DNA of 64,000 nucleotides from Patescibacteria group bacterium (GCA_028687275.1 JAQUAK010000001.1:292213-356212), one strand, 5' to 3'; positions 25,587 through 36,145 are shown, counted from the stretch's first letter. Notes: generated from the sequence alone by a model not told the origin. Numbers and translations are program-made.

Positions 25587-26834
25587 ATGAAAGAGTCAAA
25601 TTTTATATCAAAACAAAATATAGATAATAGCTGTGAAGAAAGCGTTGAAGAAATAAAAGTAAAGTTGGAATCATTAAAAGAAGATATTTCAGAATATACA
25701 CCTGAGACTAAAGAATTTTCTGAAATTAAAGAAAATTTTATTAAAATTCAATCGGTGATAGAAAAGGAGGTCCAGAAATATATAGAGAGAGAGGAGGCAT
25801 CAGAATATCACTTTAGTATTGATAGGGGATATAAGTCTTATTTTGAACTTATTGATAAATTAGATTTACTGAACGAATCTAATAAAGAAATGGCGGCTAA
25901 AGTATTTATGATGTCTGACCATATTGATCATGCTATCGCCAATAGTATTCTGAGTAAAAGGCAGCAATATAAAACTGAAGGACAAAATATAGACCATCAT
26001 GAGGGTCTGGCTGAGTATATATTGAAAAAATTTGATTTTTCTGAAGAAGAAGTATCTGACCTTATTCAAAGCTGGCTTTCAGTTGAAGATGATGAAACTG
26101 CTGACTGGTATATATATCAAAATTTAAAAAATATAAGGGGCCTTGAAAATTTTGAAAACAAATCTGCAAAATATCTATTAAATAATTTTGGTATTCGTGG
26201 TTTTGGTAGATATAATATACATGAACTTAAAAAGCAGTATAATGAAAGAGATAATATGGAGCCATACGGAGTCTATTTTCAGGGGGTCATGGATTGGAAC
26301 GGCTCTTTTTCACAATCTAATCAGTCGGAAGATATACGAGAGAAAGTAGAAGAAAATTCTTTTGTTTTTAGAGTAATAGAAGCAAACGGAAAAATTGATT
26401 TGGCTAAGAGATTACTGTTTCTACGTGATAAATATAAGCAAAAAATAAAGTTCATGTATATGCATGTGCATGGCAATACAGATGTTATTGGATTTGGAGA
26501 TAAAAAAGGAAATAACCGCATGCTTCGCCAAGAAGATTTGGGTGGCAAGGGGATACAGAGGGTTAAAGAATTGTTCGAAAATGATGCAGAATTAGTCTTA
26601 TCTAGTTGCCTCACTGGCGTTAGAGGTGGATTAGCAGAGGAAATGTCTAAGGTCTACAATGTAAAAGTTATTGCCGCTGATAAGCCAACAGAAGGTGAGC
26701 CGAAGTCTGTAGATATTAAAAAAAATTCTGCTGGCAGTAATTTAGAATTTAATATTGTCTTTAATACTGTAGATGAGGATGATAAAGAGGGCAGTAAGAT
26801 GAAAAAAGGTACGGTAATCTATAAGCCTGAATAG
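25587..26834 (+). CDS. Hypothetical protein with a C-terminal caspase/CHAT-like His-Cys dyad
   Basis: MYMHVHGNTD ... AELVLSSCLTG spacing and context resemble CHAT/caspase-fold proteases. The N-terminal 240 aa are unknown. Confidence 0.45.
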   Translation: MKESNFISKQNIDNSCEESVEEIKVKLESLKEDISEYTPETKEFSEIKENFIKIQSVIEKEVQKYIEREEASEYHFSIDRGYKSYFELIDKLDLLNESNKEMAAKVFMMSDHIDHAIANSILSKRQQYKTEGQNIDHHEGLAEYILKKFDFSEEEVSDLIQSWLSVEDDETADWYIYQNLKNIRGLENFENKSAKYLLNNFGIRGFGRYNIHELKKQYNERDNMEPYGVYFQGVMDWNGSFSQSNQSEDIREKVEENSFVFRVIEANGKIDLAKRLLFLRDKYKQKIKFMYMHVHGNTDVIGFGDKKGNNRMLRQEDLGGKGIQRVKELFENDAELVLSSCLTGVRGGLAEEMSKVYNVKVIAADKPTEGEPKSVDIKKNSAGSNLEFNIVFNTVDEDDKEGSKMKKGTVIYKPE

Positions 26835-27038
26835 TGGGTAAATTTAATTTTACTTTGTCTAAGAACTTAAGCAAATGGGACTAATAAAATCGCTAAGGCT
26901 TTTTCGGTGATTCAAAAAGTTGAAAAAGTAATGAGATATTTAGTGGCGACAGTCTTCGTTTTAGTGGGTTTATATTATTTTCAATTTTTATTACTACATC
27001 TTGTCAGTTTCTTTTAATAAAATGGTAAATAAAGTTTT

Positions 27039-27069
27039 AAAAAAGACCTATTTTGATTAGGTCTTTTTG
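27039..27069. terminator. Bidirectional terminator between convergent genes
   Basis: AGACCTA/TAGGTCT stem flanked by A and T runs. Confidence 0.65.
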
Positions 27070-27132
27070 TATTTTATTTATTATACTCGTAGTCTTTAAT
27101 AATTATATATAAGCCTTTCTATATCTAAAGCT

Positions 27133-28812
27133 CTAAAGATAAGCGCTTTGGATATATTGCTGTAACATGCGCTGGGTATTAAAGAAGGAGGCGTTAATAG
27201 CGATGGTGTAGCGCATAGTCTCTTGCCAGTTGTGGGGATGTTTGTAATAACGAGGTAGTATTCTAGTCTCCAGCTTATTATATAAATTAGTGGCGTCTTT
27301 AGAATTTAATTCTTTAGGGTTAAGAGTGCTCCGCCTATCACCAATAGACCAGCCAGTCTTTCTATTTACAAAACCCTCTACCCACCAACCATCTAAGGTA
27401 CTGAAATGAGGCACGCCGTTATGAGCTGCTTTCATGCCACTTGTGCCTGAGGCTTCATTAGGTGGTAAAGGGGTGTTTAGCCAGACATCTACACCAGCTG
27501 TCATCAGTTTAGCAATTTCCATGTCGTAATTTTCTAAAAATATTATTTTTATATCTTTTTTATACACCTCTTTTAGACGATGAATCTCTTTAATCATTGC
27601 CTTACCATCAGTGTCTCGAGGATGGGCCTTGCCGGCGTAGATAATTTGCATAGGTCCAGCTGATTTATTAATTCTTACTAATTCCGCCATATCGTGAAAG
27701 AGCAGAGTAGAGCGTTTATAACCAGTAAAGCGGCGAGCAAAGCCAATAGTGAACACGTTTAACTTTAATTTTTCCTTCTGTTTTTTATAGATATAGTCTA
27801 GCAATCTTTGTTTAGCGCTCTGGTGAGCTTGCCAAATCTCACTGGTACTAATATTAAAAGCGTTACGAAGGGAAAGATTGTCGGATCTCCAAGTGGGGAT
27901 GTGTTTATCAAACAGTTTTTGGAATTCTTTAGATGTCCAAGTGCTAGAGTGAACGCCGTTAGTAACCGAGTAGATATAGTGATTAGGAAACATTTTGGCT
28001 GAGACTTCTTGATGGCTAAAAGCAACACCATTTACATAGCCACTGAAGTATAAAGCTAGTTCAGTCATATTTAATTCAGCGCTCTTAATGAGGCCAAGGA
28101 GTTTAAGGGGGAGATCTTTTTGTAATTCTCTAACTAGAGATATAGGAAAGACGTCATGCCCAGCCTTAATAGGAGTGTGAGTGGTAAATACACATTTTTC
28201 TTGAATTTCTTTAACTCGCTGGCTAATATTTTTAGTACTTGAATTGCTATATAGCTCAACGGTCGCTAAGGCAGCGTGACCTTCGTTTAAATGATATTTA
28301 TTTATATTATTATAGTTTAAAGCAGATAAGATCTTGACGCCCGCTCGGCCAAGAATAATTTCTTGCATTAGGCGGTAGGTGGGGTCGGCTTTATAAAGTT
28401 CACCACTGAGGTCGCGGTATTTCTGCTTATTACCAGTAATATCGGTGTCTAGAAAGTAGATTGGTAAACAAGTCTTGTTTCTAGAAATTAGGCAATATTG
28501 CCAAGCCTGTACAATTACTTTATCATCACCGATTTTAACAGACACCCTTTCTTTCATCTTTTTAAGCTTCTTATATCTAAAGTTGTCAGCCACCTCTATT
28601 TGTTCACCTTCTTTATTGATTTTTTGTTTAAAAAAACCTTTTTTATTCAAAATTGTTATACCAAGCATGGGAATTTGTAGGTCAGCGGCAGATTTGAGAG
28701 TATCGCCAGCTAAAACTCCTAATCCACCAGAGTAGCTTTTAATCCAGCTTTCTAAAGCTATTTCCATACTGAAATAGGCAATTTTTATTTCTTTTTTATT
28801 GATTTCTTGCAT
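27133..28812 (-). CDS. glgP: Alpha-glucan (glycogen/maltodextrin) phosphorylase, short GT35 form
   Basis: EASGTSGMKAAHNGVPHFSTLDGWW contains the PLP lysine context. 559 aa. Confidence 0.87.
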   Translation of the reverse strand: MQEINKKEIKIAYFSMEIALESWIKSYSGGLGVLAGDTLKSAADLQIPMLGITILNKKGFFKQKINKEGEQIEVADNFRYKKLKKMKERVSVKIGDDKVIVQAWQYCLISRNKTCLPIYFLDTDITGNKQKYRDLSGELYKADPTYRLMQEIILGRAGVKILSALNYNNINKYHLNEGHAALATVELYSNSSTKNISQRVKEIQEKCVFTTHTPIKAGHDVFPISLVRELQKDLPLKLLGLIKSAELNMTELALYFSGYVNGVAFSHQEVSAKMFPNHYIYSVTNGVHSSTWTSKEFQKLFDKHIPTWRSDNLSLRNAFNISTSEIWQAHQSAKQRLLDYIYKKQKEKLKLNVFTIGFARRFTGYKRSTLLFHDMAELVRINKSAGPMQIIYAGKAHPRDTDGKAMIKEIHRLKEVYKKDIKIIFLENYDMEIAKLMTAGVDVWLNTPLPPNEASGTSGMKAAHNGVPHFSTLDGWWVEGFVNRKTGWSIGDRRSTLNPKELNSKDATNLYNKLETRILPRYYKHPHNWQETMRYTIAINASFFNTQRMLQQYIQSAYL

Positions 28813-29016
28813 AAATTATATTTTCTAGAATAGTATTTTATATCTACTATCTTAGCAGATTATCATAAGCTTGTCAGTTCTATTAATAATAGCTGTTTTA
28901 GTAGGTAGCTTTTTTATCTCTCAAAAATACGATAACTTTATTTTATTTTTTTATAAAGACAGCTTCATATTTAACTACATATTTGCTATAATTTAACTGC
29001 TGATAGCTATAATTAT

Positions 29017-29412
29017 ATGAATTCAAGTAATTGGTACTCACAACTCATTAAACCATTCTGGTCACCGCCATCATGGCTTTTTGGGCCGGTATGGACATTT
29101 CTATATGTATTAATAGCTATCTCTTTTGGCAAAGTAGTACTTTTATTTATTCAAAAGAAAGTTCCTTTTATTGTCCTTTTGCCTTTTATCTTAAACATTA
29201 TTTTTAATCTATCCTTCACCTATTTTCAGTTTGGATTAAAGAATAATATTCTAGCGGCCATTGATATTATATTAGTCTTAGGCACTTTAGTTTGGGCTAT
29301 AATTGTTATCTATCCATATGTGCAATGGGTGGCTTATGTGCAGATTCCATATTTGTTATGGGTGTCTTTTGCTAGCGTCCTTCAACTTTCTATTACTTAT
29401 TTAAATAAATAA
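29017..29412 (+). CDS. tspO: TspO/MBR family protein
   Basis: WYSQLIKPFWSPPSWLFGPVWTFLY N-terminal signature. Five hydrophobic helices. Confidence 0.8.
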   Translation: MNSSNWYSQLIKPFWSPPSWLFGPVWTFLYVLIAISFGKVVLLFIQKKVPFIVLLPFILNIIFNLSFTYFQFGLKNNILAAIDIILVLGTLVWAIIVIYPYVQWVAYVQIPYLLWVSFASVLQLSITYLNK

Positions 29413-29413
29413 T

Positions 29414-29803
29414 ATGTTTATAAAAAATTATCTAGTTGCTTTTATCGTTTTCCTTCTAATTGACATGACCTGGCTGGTTCTAATAGCTAATAATTTCTAT
29501 AGCAAGCACATTGGCTTTTTAATGAAGACTAATGTTAATTGGGTGGCAGCTACAATCTTCTATTTGATCTTTATCGCTGGAGTAGTTATTTTTGTTATTA
29601 ACCCAGCGTTAGTAAAGGGGAGTTGGAGCCATGCTCTAATCTTTGGGGCTATGTTTGGCTTAGTTACTTATGCTACCTATGATTTAACCAATCTGGCCAC
29701 TATTAAGGACTGGCCTTTAATTATAACAATTGTAGATTTAATTTGGGGGACTGTTTTAACGGCGAGTGTTTCTATTATTACCTATTTTATTATCAATATA
29801 TGA
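29414..29803 (+). CDS. DUF2177 family membrane protein
   Basis: Four helices. Family call is from recall only. Confidence 0.6.
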   Translation: MFIKNYLVAFIVFLLIDMTWLVLIANNFYSKHIGFLMKTNVNWVAATIFYLIFIAGVVIFVINPALVKGSWSHALIFGAMFGLVTYATYDLTNLATIKDWPLIITIVDLIWGTVLTASVSIITYFIINI

Positions 29804-30570
29804 ACTATTTTATATTTCTAGGTCTTGCTCTGTGGATATATATGACGTTATGGTTTTTTATTTCTATTTGGATGAAGAGAAATGATATTGCCGATATTGC
29901 CTGGGGACTAGGATTTATGTTTATAGCTTGGCTTGCTATTTTATGGACAAATAATTTTAGTTTACCTAGTCTGCTAATTTTGTTATTGGTAAATATTTGG
30001 GGAATACGCTTAGCTTGGCATATATATTTGCGCAACAAAGGGAAGGCTGAAGACTATCGTTATTTAGCCTGGCGTAAAGAATGGGGAAAATTATTCTATC
30101 TTCGTTCTTATCTGCAAGTATATATCCTTCAGGGTGTATTATTATTTCTTATCTCTCTTTCAGTTATGCTTGTTATGCAGCGAGCATCGGAAATCTCTCG
30201 TCCAGCCATAATTATTGGTTTATTGATATGGTTAATTGGCTTCGCCTTTGAGGCTATTGGTGATTATCAGTTAAAAACATTTTTAACTAAGACTGAAAAC
30301 AAGGGGAGATTAATACAATCTGGTTTATGGAAATATACCAGGCATCCTAATTATTTTGGAGAAGTACTGTTATGGTGGGGACTTGGCATAATTGCTTTTT
30401 TTGCAACAAGCTCCTGGTTAGTATTAATTAGTCCTCTGGTAATTACCTTTTTAATAACCAGAGTTTCGGGGATTCCTATGCTGGAGAAAAAGATGAAAGA
30501 GCATCCTGACTTCGCTGAATATAGTAGAAAAACAAGCATCTTCTTTCCTTGGGTTAGGAGGAAGATATAG
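29800..30570 (+). CDS. DUF1295 / steroid-5-alpha-reductase-like membrane protein
   Basis: GLWKYTRHPNYFGEVLLWWG motif. ATG at 29800 overlaps the upstream stop (ATGA). Confidence 0.75.
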   Translation: MNYFIFLGLALWIYMTLWFFISIWMKRNDIADIAWGLGFMFIAWLAILWTNNFSLPSLLILLLVNIWGIRLAWHIYLRNKGKAEDYRYLAWRKEWGKLFYLRSYLQVYILQGVLLFLISLSVMLVMQRASEISRPAIIIGLLIWLIGFAFEAIGDYQLKTFLTKTENKGRLIQSGLWKYTRHPNYFGEVLLWWGLGIIAFFATSSWLVLISPLVITFLITRVSGIPMLEKKMKEHPDFAEYSRKTSIFFPWVRRKI

Positions 30571-30610
30571 GATGAGTCTGTATTAGTATAAATAATTAGT
30601 ATAGAAATAT

Positions 30611-31141
30611 ATGAGAAAAAAACAATTAGCTATAATTTTAGGCACTGCCAGAGAAGGTCGGCAATCCTTTAAGGTGGCTGAATATATCTATAATTATCTA
30701 GCTAAAGATGAAGAGCTCGATACTGTTTTGGTTGATATTAAGAAATATGCTGTCAATAAAACAATTCCACCCTGGCAAAAGAGTGAAGAAACTTTAGCCT
30801 GGAGAGAATTGGTTAAAAATAGTGATGCTTTTATTCTGGTAGTGCCAGAGTATAATCATGGTTATCCAGGTGAGTTAAAGATAGTTTTAGATCAAGAAGC
30901 AGAGGCTTATGTAAACAAGCCCATAGTTTTAGCTGGTGTTTCAGCGGGTAAATTTGGCGGGACTAGGGTGGTTGAAGCTATATTACCGGTTCTAAATACT
31001 TTAGGTTTAAGAAACTTACCTCATCCTCTGTATTTTCCAGAAGTAGAAACTTTATTTGCTCAAAGCAAGGAGGATATTGACAATATTTATCTTAAAAAAA
31101 TAGATAATATTGTAAAACTGATTAAAGAAGTCTTGGAATAA
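30611..31141 (+). CDS. NAD(P)H-dependent FMN reductase (flavodoxin-like fold)
   Basis: LAIILGTAREGRQS and FILVVPEYNHGYPGELK. Confidence 0.75.
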   Translation: MRKKQLAIILGTAREGRQSFKVAEYIYNYLAKDEELDTVLVDIKKYAVNKTIPPWQKSEETLAWRELVKNSDAFILVVPEYNHGYPGELKIVLDQEAEAYVNKPIVLAGVSAGKFGGTRVVEAILPVLNTLGLRNLPHPLYFPEVETLFAQSKEDIDNIYLKKIDNIVKLIKEVLE

Positions 31142-31169
31142 GGAAAATATAAATTGGATCAGTAAATAC

Positions 31170-31197
31170 AAAAATAGCACTAAAAGTGCTATTTTTT
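31170..31197. terminator. Bidirectional terminator
   Basis: ATAGCACT-AAA-AGTGCTAT flanked by A and T runs. Confidence 0.7.
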
Positions 31198-31217
31198 GAT
31201 ACTTTATGCTAAGTTAA

Positions 31218-31820
31218 TTAATTGCAGCTACCAGCTGGAATTACAATGGTAATATTATCAAAGCCAGCCGATCTCAAAATTACTTCTATTTGTTGTTTAG
31301 CATTTTTTGAGGCCTCCTCAAGAATGCCGCCCTGACAAGCCGCTTCTCTAATTGCTGTCTCTGCTTGTTGGCGAGCCTCGGCCTCTAGATTAATATTACC
31401 CTTGGTAAGGAGACCCTGGTCACGATCAAATACTTTAGTCTGTGAATTATCCAAAATAACATCGAATATTTTAGGGGCGGGTAAATTAATGGCTATAGAG
31501 GCGCCTGAGCCAGAAAAGTCTTGTGTTTGCATGGTAGATAAATCAAAACCAGCAATTACTTTTCCGTTAGCAATTAAAAGTAATTTATCACCAAAGAGAA
31601 ATTGTCTCAGATTATCATAATCAGTGCCAGCCTCAATAATTTTGTCTATGGTGAAAGAGGCTGTTTCTAAGCGAGACAGCAGCTCTATTTCTTTTATGAC
31701 GGCTGCCCTGTCAGCTCCAAACCTGTATTCCGGCTTAGTTGATAACCAAGCTTTGATAAAGAAAAATAAAGATAAGGCTATAACGGCCCCGATAATTAGT
31801 AGGATTAGAGATTTTTTCAT
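31218..31820 (-). CDS. DUF4230-like membrane-anchored protein
   Basis: N-terminal TM helix. AAVIKEIELLSRLETASFTIDKII pattern. Confidence 0.55.
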   Translation of the reverse strand: MKKSLILLIIGAVIALSLFFFIKAWLSTKPEYRFGADRAAVIKEIELLSRLETASFTIDKIIEAGTDYDNLRQFLFGDKLLLIANGKVIAGFDLSTMQTQDFSGSGASIAINLPAPKIFDVILDNSQTKVFDRDQGLLTKGNINLEAEARQQAETAIREAACQGGILEEASKNAKQQIEVILRSAGFDNITIVIPAGSCN

Positions 31821-31932
31821 ATGTTTATATTAGCTGATTATATTATAACATGTTTACTGACTAGTTTATAATAGATAAAGTAAACAAAAAACACCCTCTA
31901 AGGTGTTTTATTGTTTATCTAAAATAACCATC

Positions 31933-32991
31933 TTAGTTATTTATAGATTTTCCAACCTTGTAATTTGAAAAAAAAGTATCAGGGATATCTTCAACTTGTT
32001 TATTCCAGTCTTTTCCGTAATATTTTTCAGCAATTACCGGTGTCTCCATTAAACGTAGAGTGCCACCCGGAGAAACAGCGTAGACTCGTGTATCAGTTTG
32101 AATTTTGACTAATTTTACCCCCGGACGGTAGGTAACGTTACCGCCTAAACTAATTTTACCAATATCTTCAAGCGAAATTATTTCGACATTAGAAAAGTCA
32201 TCATACCAGGTAGAATAGGTTTGAAGATTAGGGAAGACATAGCGCTTACCGTCAGCGCCACAGTAATACACTGAGGAAATTGAGGCAGTACGTATGAGAG
32301 AGCCGGGTGAGCAATAGCTAGTTAAGTCTGGATTTATAGTTAGAGCCTTATCATGGTTTATAGTTGGACTAGCAGTTTTTGCTTCAGCGACATCGTAGGC
32401 GAATATTTTTAAAGAGGCTTGTAAATAGATATAAGGATTAATAGCGCTATCATCAGCAATACGAATTTCAAAATGGAGATGTGGGCCTGTATTTTCTGCA
32501 TTACCAGAATCACCAACCCAAGCAATGTGCTGACCTTGAACTACCTGTACGCCTTGGCTAATCCCAGGCGCATAGGCAGTTTCTGGGCCGCCTAAGCCAT
32601 CATCAGTTCCAAGAGTGTCATTATTAATATGAAGATAATTATATTTATAACCATCGTCACCTCGGATAGAGAGCATATAACCGTAGCTTGGCTCTGTCAT
32701 AGGTGCAAAGCTAACAGTTCCACCTCTAGCGGCGATGATCTTAGTCATCTTTGGGGCCATTAAATCGTTAGCCTCATGAGTGCGCCCACCACTACGACCA
32801 TCACCAAAATCGTCATAAAAAATTGCCCCACCTTCAACCGGAAAAATAATTTCTGGCGGACCAGAGATGGCAATTGTTGGAGTGTCGTGATTCCATTTAT
32901 AAGTGAAGTCATCATACAGCTGAGCGTTAGCTATTAAAGGCAATAGTATAATTGTAGTGACTAAGGTGTACAAAAATAAGCGAATATTCAT
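31933..32991 (-). CDS. Secreted M23 (LytM-type) peptidoglycan endopeptidase with a C-terminal surface-associated domain
   Basis: HEANDLMAP...GNAENTGPHLHFEIR metal ligands. The C-terminal ~110 aa are homologous to the N-terminus of the 61437 protein. Confidence 0.85.
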   Translation of the reverse strand: MNIRLFLYTLVTTIILLPLIANAQLYDDFTYKWNHDTPTIAISGPPEIIFPVEGGAIFYDDFGDGRSGGRTHEANDLMAPKMTKIIAARGGTVSFAPMTEPSYGYMLSIRGDDGYKYNYLHINNDTLGTDDGLGGPETAYAPGISQGVQVVQGQHIAWVGDSGNAENTGPHLHFEIRIADDSAINPYIYLQASLKIFAYDVAEAKTASPTINHDKALTINPDLTSYCSPGSLIRTASISSVYYCGADGKRYVFPNLQTYSTWYDDFSNVEIISLEDIGKISLGGNVTYRPGVKLVKIQTDTRVYAVSPGGTLRLMETPVIAEKYYGKDWNKQVEDIPDTFFSNYKVGKSINN

Positions 32992-33108
32992 ATAATTTTA
33001 ATTTGACTAATAGCATAGCATAATTAAGGATTAATCGAAATAGTAATTTGATTAGTGTTTATTTTTAAGTTTTTTAGTTATAATGTTACTATAAATAAAA
33101 GCCTATAT

Positions 33109-33696
33109 ATGGATATAGAATACGAAGCAACTTTTGTGGATATAGATAGAGATAAATTTAGGGAGATTTTAAAATCTGTCGGAGCTGTTTTAGTGAAAGC
33201 TAATTTTCTTCAAAAACGAACAGTCTTTAATTTGCCGTCAGGCCACGAAATGGCTGGGGCTTGGTTAAGAGTGAGAGATGAGGGGGATAAAATAACTATG
33301 AGTTTAAAGAGTGTTGATGGTGATAAAATAGAAAATCAAAAAGAGCTTTGTCTAAATATTGATAATTTTGGCCTCGCGGTTGAATTTCTAGAATCTATTG
33401 GTTGCCAAAGGAAGGCTTTTCAAGAGAGTAAAAGGGAATTATGGACACTAAATGGGGTTGAAATAACAATTGATGAATGGCCGTTTTTAGAGCCCTTTGT
33501 TGAAATAGAGGCAAAAACAGAAAAAGAAGTGAAGGCTACTAGTATTGTCCTCGGTTTTGATTATGATCAAGCTTTGTTTTGCGCGGTTGATACTTTATAT
33601 AGCAATAAATACGGTGTCAGCAAAGATATTATCTGTAATAATATCAAGAATATCTGTTTTGATGGTGAAAATCCCTTTTTAAAATTTGCAAATTAA
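33109..33696 (+). CDS. CYTH-domain (triphosphate tunnel metalloenzyme) protein
   Basis: N-terminal DIEYEATF (ExExK-like) and alternating beta-strand charge pattern. ATG at 33109 preferred. Confidence 0.65.
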   Translation: MDIEYEATFVDIDRDKFREILKSVGAVLVKANFLQKRTVFNLPSGHEMAGAWLRVRDEGDKITMSLKSVDGDKIENQKELCLNIDNFGLAVEFLESIGCQRKAFQESKRELWTLNGVEITIDEWPFLEPFVEIEAKTEKEVKATSIVLGFDYDQALFCAVDTLYSNKYGVSKDIICNNIKNICFDGENPFLKFAN

Positions 33697-33756
33697 TCTT
33701 AAAAATATTATTAAATATTTATTAAAAAATAGCATTTTTTGTTATAATAATTATAT

Positions 33757-34344
33757 ATGAAAAAAACAATCTTAATTTTAATCATTGTTATCATGGCTGC
33801 GGTCATCGCTTTCTTAGCTTGGCCAGAACCAAAAATGAATCCACCAGTTATAGATGAGCCCATGGTTATTGAGCCGATAGTTGAAGATCAAATCTTAGTT
33901 ACAAGTTTTGAGGAGTGTGTGGCGGCTGGTAATGCGGTTATGGAAAGTTACCCTCGTCAATGTATTGCGGGCGGAGTAAATTATACCGAAGATATCGGTG
34001 GAGACTTAGAAAAGGCTGATCTGATTCGTATTAACTCACCAAGACCTAATAGTGAGATAAGTAGCCCCTTAATGATAAGTGGTGAAGCTCGGGGTAATTG
34101 GTTTTTTGAGGCTAGTTTCCCAGTATTTTTAACTGATTGGGATGGTAGAATTATTGCCGAAGGCATTGCTAACGCTCAGGCCGATTGGATGACAACTGAT
34201 TTTGTTCCCTTTGATCTGACCCTCAATTTTTCTCCAGATGAACAAGTTTATAGCAATAGAGGAACTTTGATATTTAAGAAAGATAATCCCTCTGGCTTGC
34301 CTGAATTTGATGACGCCTTAGAAATTCCGGTGATAATTAATTAA
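33757..34344 (+). CDS. Gmad2 immunoglobulin-like domain protein, membrane-anchored
   Basis: INSPRPNSEISSPLMISGEARGNWFFEASFPVFLTDWDG. Confidence 0.6.
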   Translation: MKKTILILIIVIMAAVIAFLAWPEPKMNPPVIDEPMVIEPIVEDQILVTSFEECVAAGNAVMESYPRQCIAGGVNYTEDIGGDLEKADLIRINSPRPNSEISSPLMISGEARGNWFFEASFPVFLTDWDGRIIAEGIANAQADWMTTDFVPFDLTLNFSPDEQVYSNRGTLIFKKDNPSGLPEFDDALEIPVIIN

Positions 34345-34368
34345 AATTCCTATATAAAGTATAGCTAT

Positions 34369-36054
34369 ATGAATAATTTTGAGTTAGGTAATTTAAACCA
34401 AGAGGTAAAAGCCGATACTGAAGAGCAAAAAGCGGAAGAGTTGTTGAAATCAGAAACAAACATCAACTCCAGTTTGCTGGCAAAGATAAAAAATAACCCA
34501 ATGCTGAGGAAGGCTTTTTATACTATAGCCTTATCGGTCGGATTATTAGCCGGGAAGGAAGCTTTATCTCAAGAGAGCCCAAATAGTATTAAAGAGCCAG
34601 AAAAGATAGAGATTCAAAATGTCACGCCGGAGGTAGAAGAATTAGACTTGCAGAAAATTGCTCAGGAATCTTCGAGATATATTCAGAATAGTGAATATTT
34701 TTCTGCTCATCCTAATTCTTTGATGGCCTGGGCCGCTTCCGCTGAAAAACCAACTGATTATCAAGCAAAACAAATTGTAGAGCTTCATGATGAAATTTCT
34801 GCGGCAGCTCGGCTAGAAGGTTTTGAAAGTACGTCTGAGTTAATAGCTTTTATTAATGAAAAGCTTGATGCTGATTTTTCAAACCAAGAATCTTATGTAA
34901 AATTAAAAGATATATTCCCAGAATCAGATTCTCTTCCGGCAAAGGCAAGGTTTGACTGTGACTCAAGGGCTATAATGGTGTCTTCTATTTTACAAAATAT
35001 GGGTTACACTGGGGATGATGCGGTTATGTGTGAAATGGAAGGGCATATGATTATGTACGCTAAAAAGGATAATGTTTATTTTGAGCTTACAACTAACCAG
35101 GCTACGAATTTAAGCAAGGATGAGGAAATTCAACTTAATCCAATCGATACCCCTGAAAAATATTTTTCTCATTTATTATCTAACGAAGGTACGGCCTTGG
35201 GTCTTGAAGCGGAAGTTAGTTTGTCTAAAGGTTATGTGGATAAAGATAAACAGGAAGAAGCTTATAAAAAAATCAGTCAGGCCGTGGAATTGGATTCAGA
35301 CAATATAACCGCTAAACTCAATTTAATAACTTTATCATCCCGGGTAAAGTCCGGTACTGAAAGATTGCGCGTGGTCTCTAATTTGCATAAAGAAATTTTA
35401 GCTAGTCTCGTTTACAGATATCATAATGCGGAGATTAAAAATCAAGAGAGTAGTTTTGAAATTAAAAAAGAGGGCATAAAAGAACTTCCTGAAATTAAAC
35501 AACAAGAATTAAGCCTGAAAGATTTAAGTATGGAGGCAGTTAAGGAAAGTGAGTACATTAGAGATAAATTTGAAACTTACGCCGAATTTTCTTATTTTAA
35601 AGCTGATAATTATAAAGAGGCCGCGTCTATGTATCAGCTTCTTTTAGAAGCTCTGCCTGAGAGCGAAAAGAATAGTATCACAGCTGCTATGTACGAGCGT
35701 AAAATAGCCGATTCTCAGTTTAATGACCGCGCTTTTGATTCTTATCTTGAAAATGTTGATAAAACAATAGAAAAAATAAAATCCATACAAGATGAAACAA
35801 AATTTAGTCCTCTGTCAGGTGATGTCGAAAAATTAGAAGCTCAAAAATTAGTAGCCGATATTCTTAGCCATAAAATTGAAATTACACCAGAAAATGTCGC
35901 TGATTTTATAAAATCTTATAGTGATCATCCAGTGCTAGGTCCAGTTATATCTGGCAGGGGGCATTGGAATGCTAGTTATACGGACGCAGTGGACATGTTA
36001 AGAAATTGGGAGGGTTATAGTAAGCTTAAAGATGTTATTGCATTGGGGAAGTAA
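34369..36054 (+). CDS. Hypothetical protein, possible transglutaminase-like Cys-His core plus helical repeats
   Basis: ARFDCDSRAIMVSSIL ... EGHMIMY. Weak. Confidence 0.4.
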   Translation: MNNFELGNLNQEVKADTEEQKAEELLKSETNINSSLLAKIKNNPMLRKAFYTIALSVGLLAGKEALSQESPNSIKEPEKIEIQNVTPEVEELDLQKIAQESSRYIQNSEYFSAHPNSLMAWAASAEKPTDYQAKQIVELHDEISAAARLEGFESTSELIAFINEKLDADFSNQESYVKLKDIFPESDSLPAKARFDCDSRAIMVSSILQNMGYTGDDAVMCEMEGHMIMYAKKDNVYFELTTNQATNLSKDEEIQLNPIDTPEKYFSHLLSNEGTALGLEAEVSLSKGYVDKDKQEEAYKKISQAVELDSDNITAKLNLITLSSRVKSGTERLRVVSNLHKEILASLVYRYHNAEIKNQESSFEIKKEGIKELPEIKQQELSLKDLSMEAVKESEYIRDKFETYAEFSYFKADNYKEAASMYQLLLEALPESEKNSITAAMYERKIADSQFNDRAFDSYLENVDKTIEKIKSIQDETKFSPLSGDVEKLEAQKLVADILSHKIEITPENVADFIKSYSDHPVLGPVISGRGHWNASYTDAVDMLRNWEGYSKLKDVIALGK

Positions 36055-36145
36055 TTATTATTTAATTTTTAAATTAATTTGGAATTATTAAGTATTTGCA
36101 TTATAATTAAAGTCTAGTTGTAATCTAGTAATTTAAGTTTTTAGA

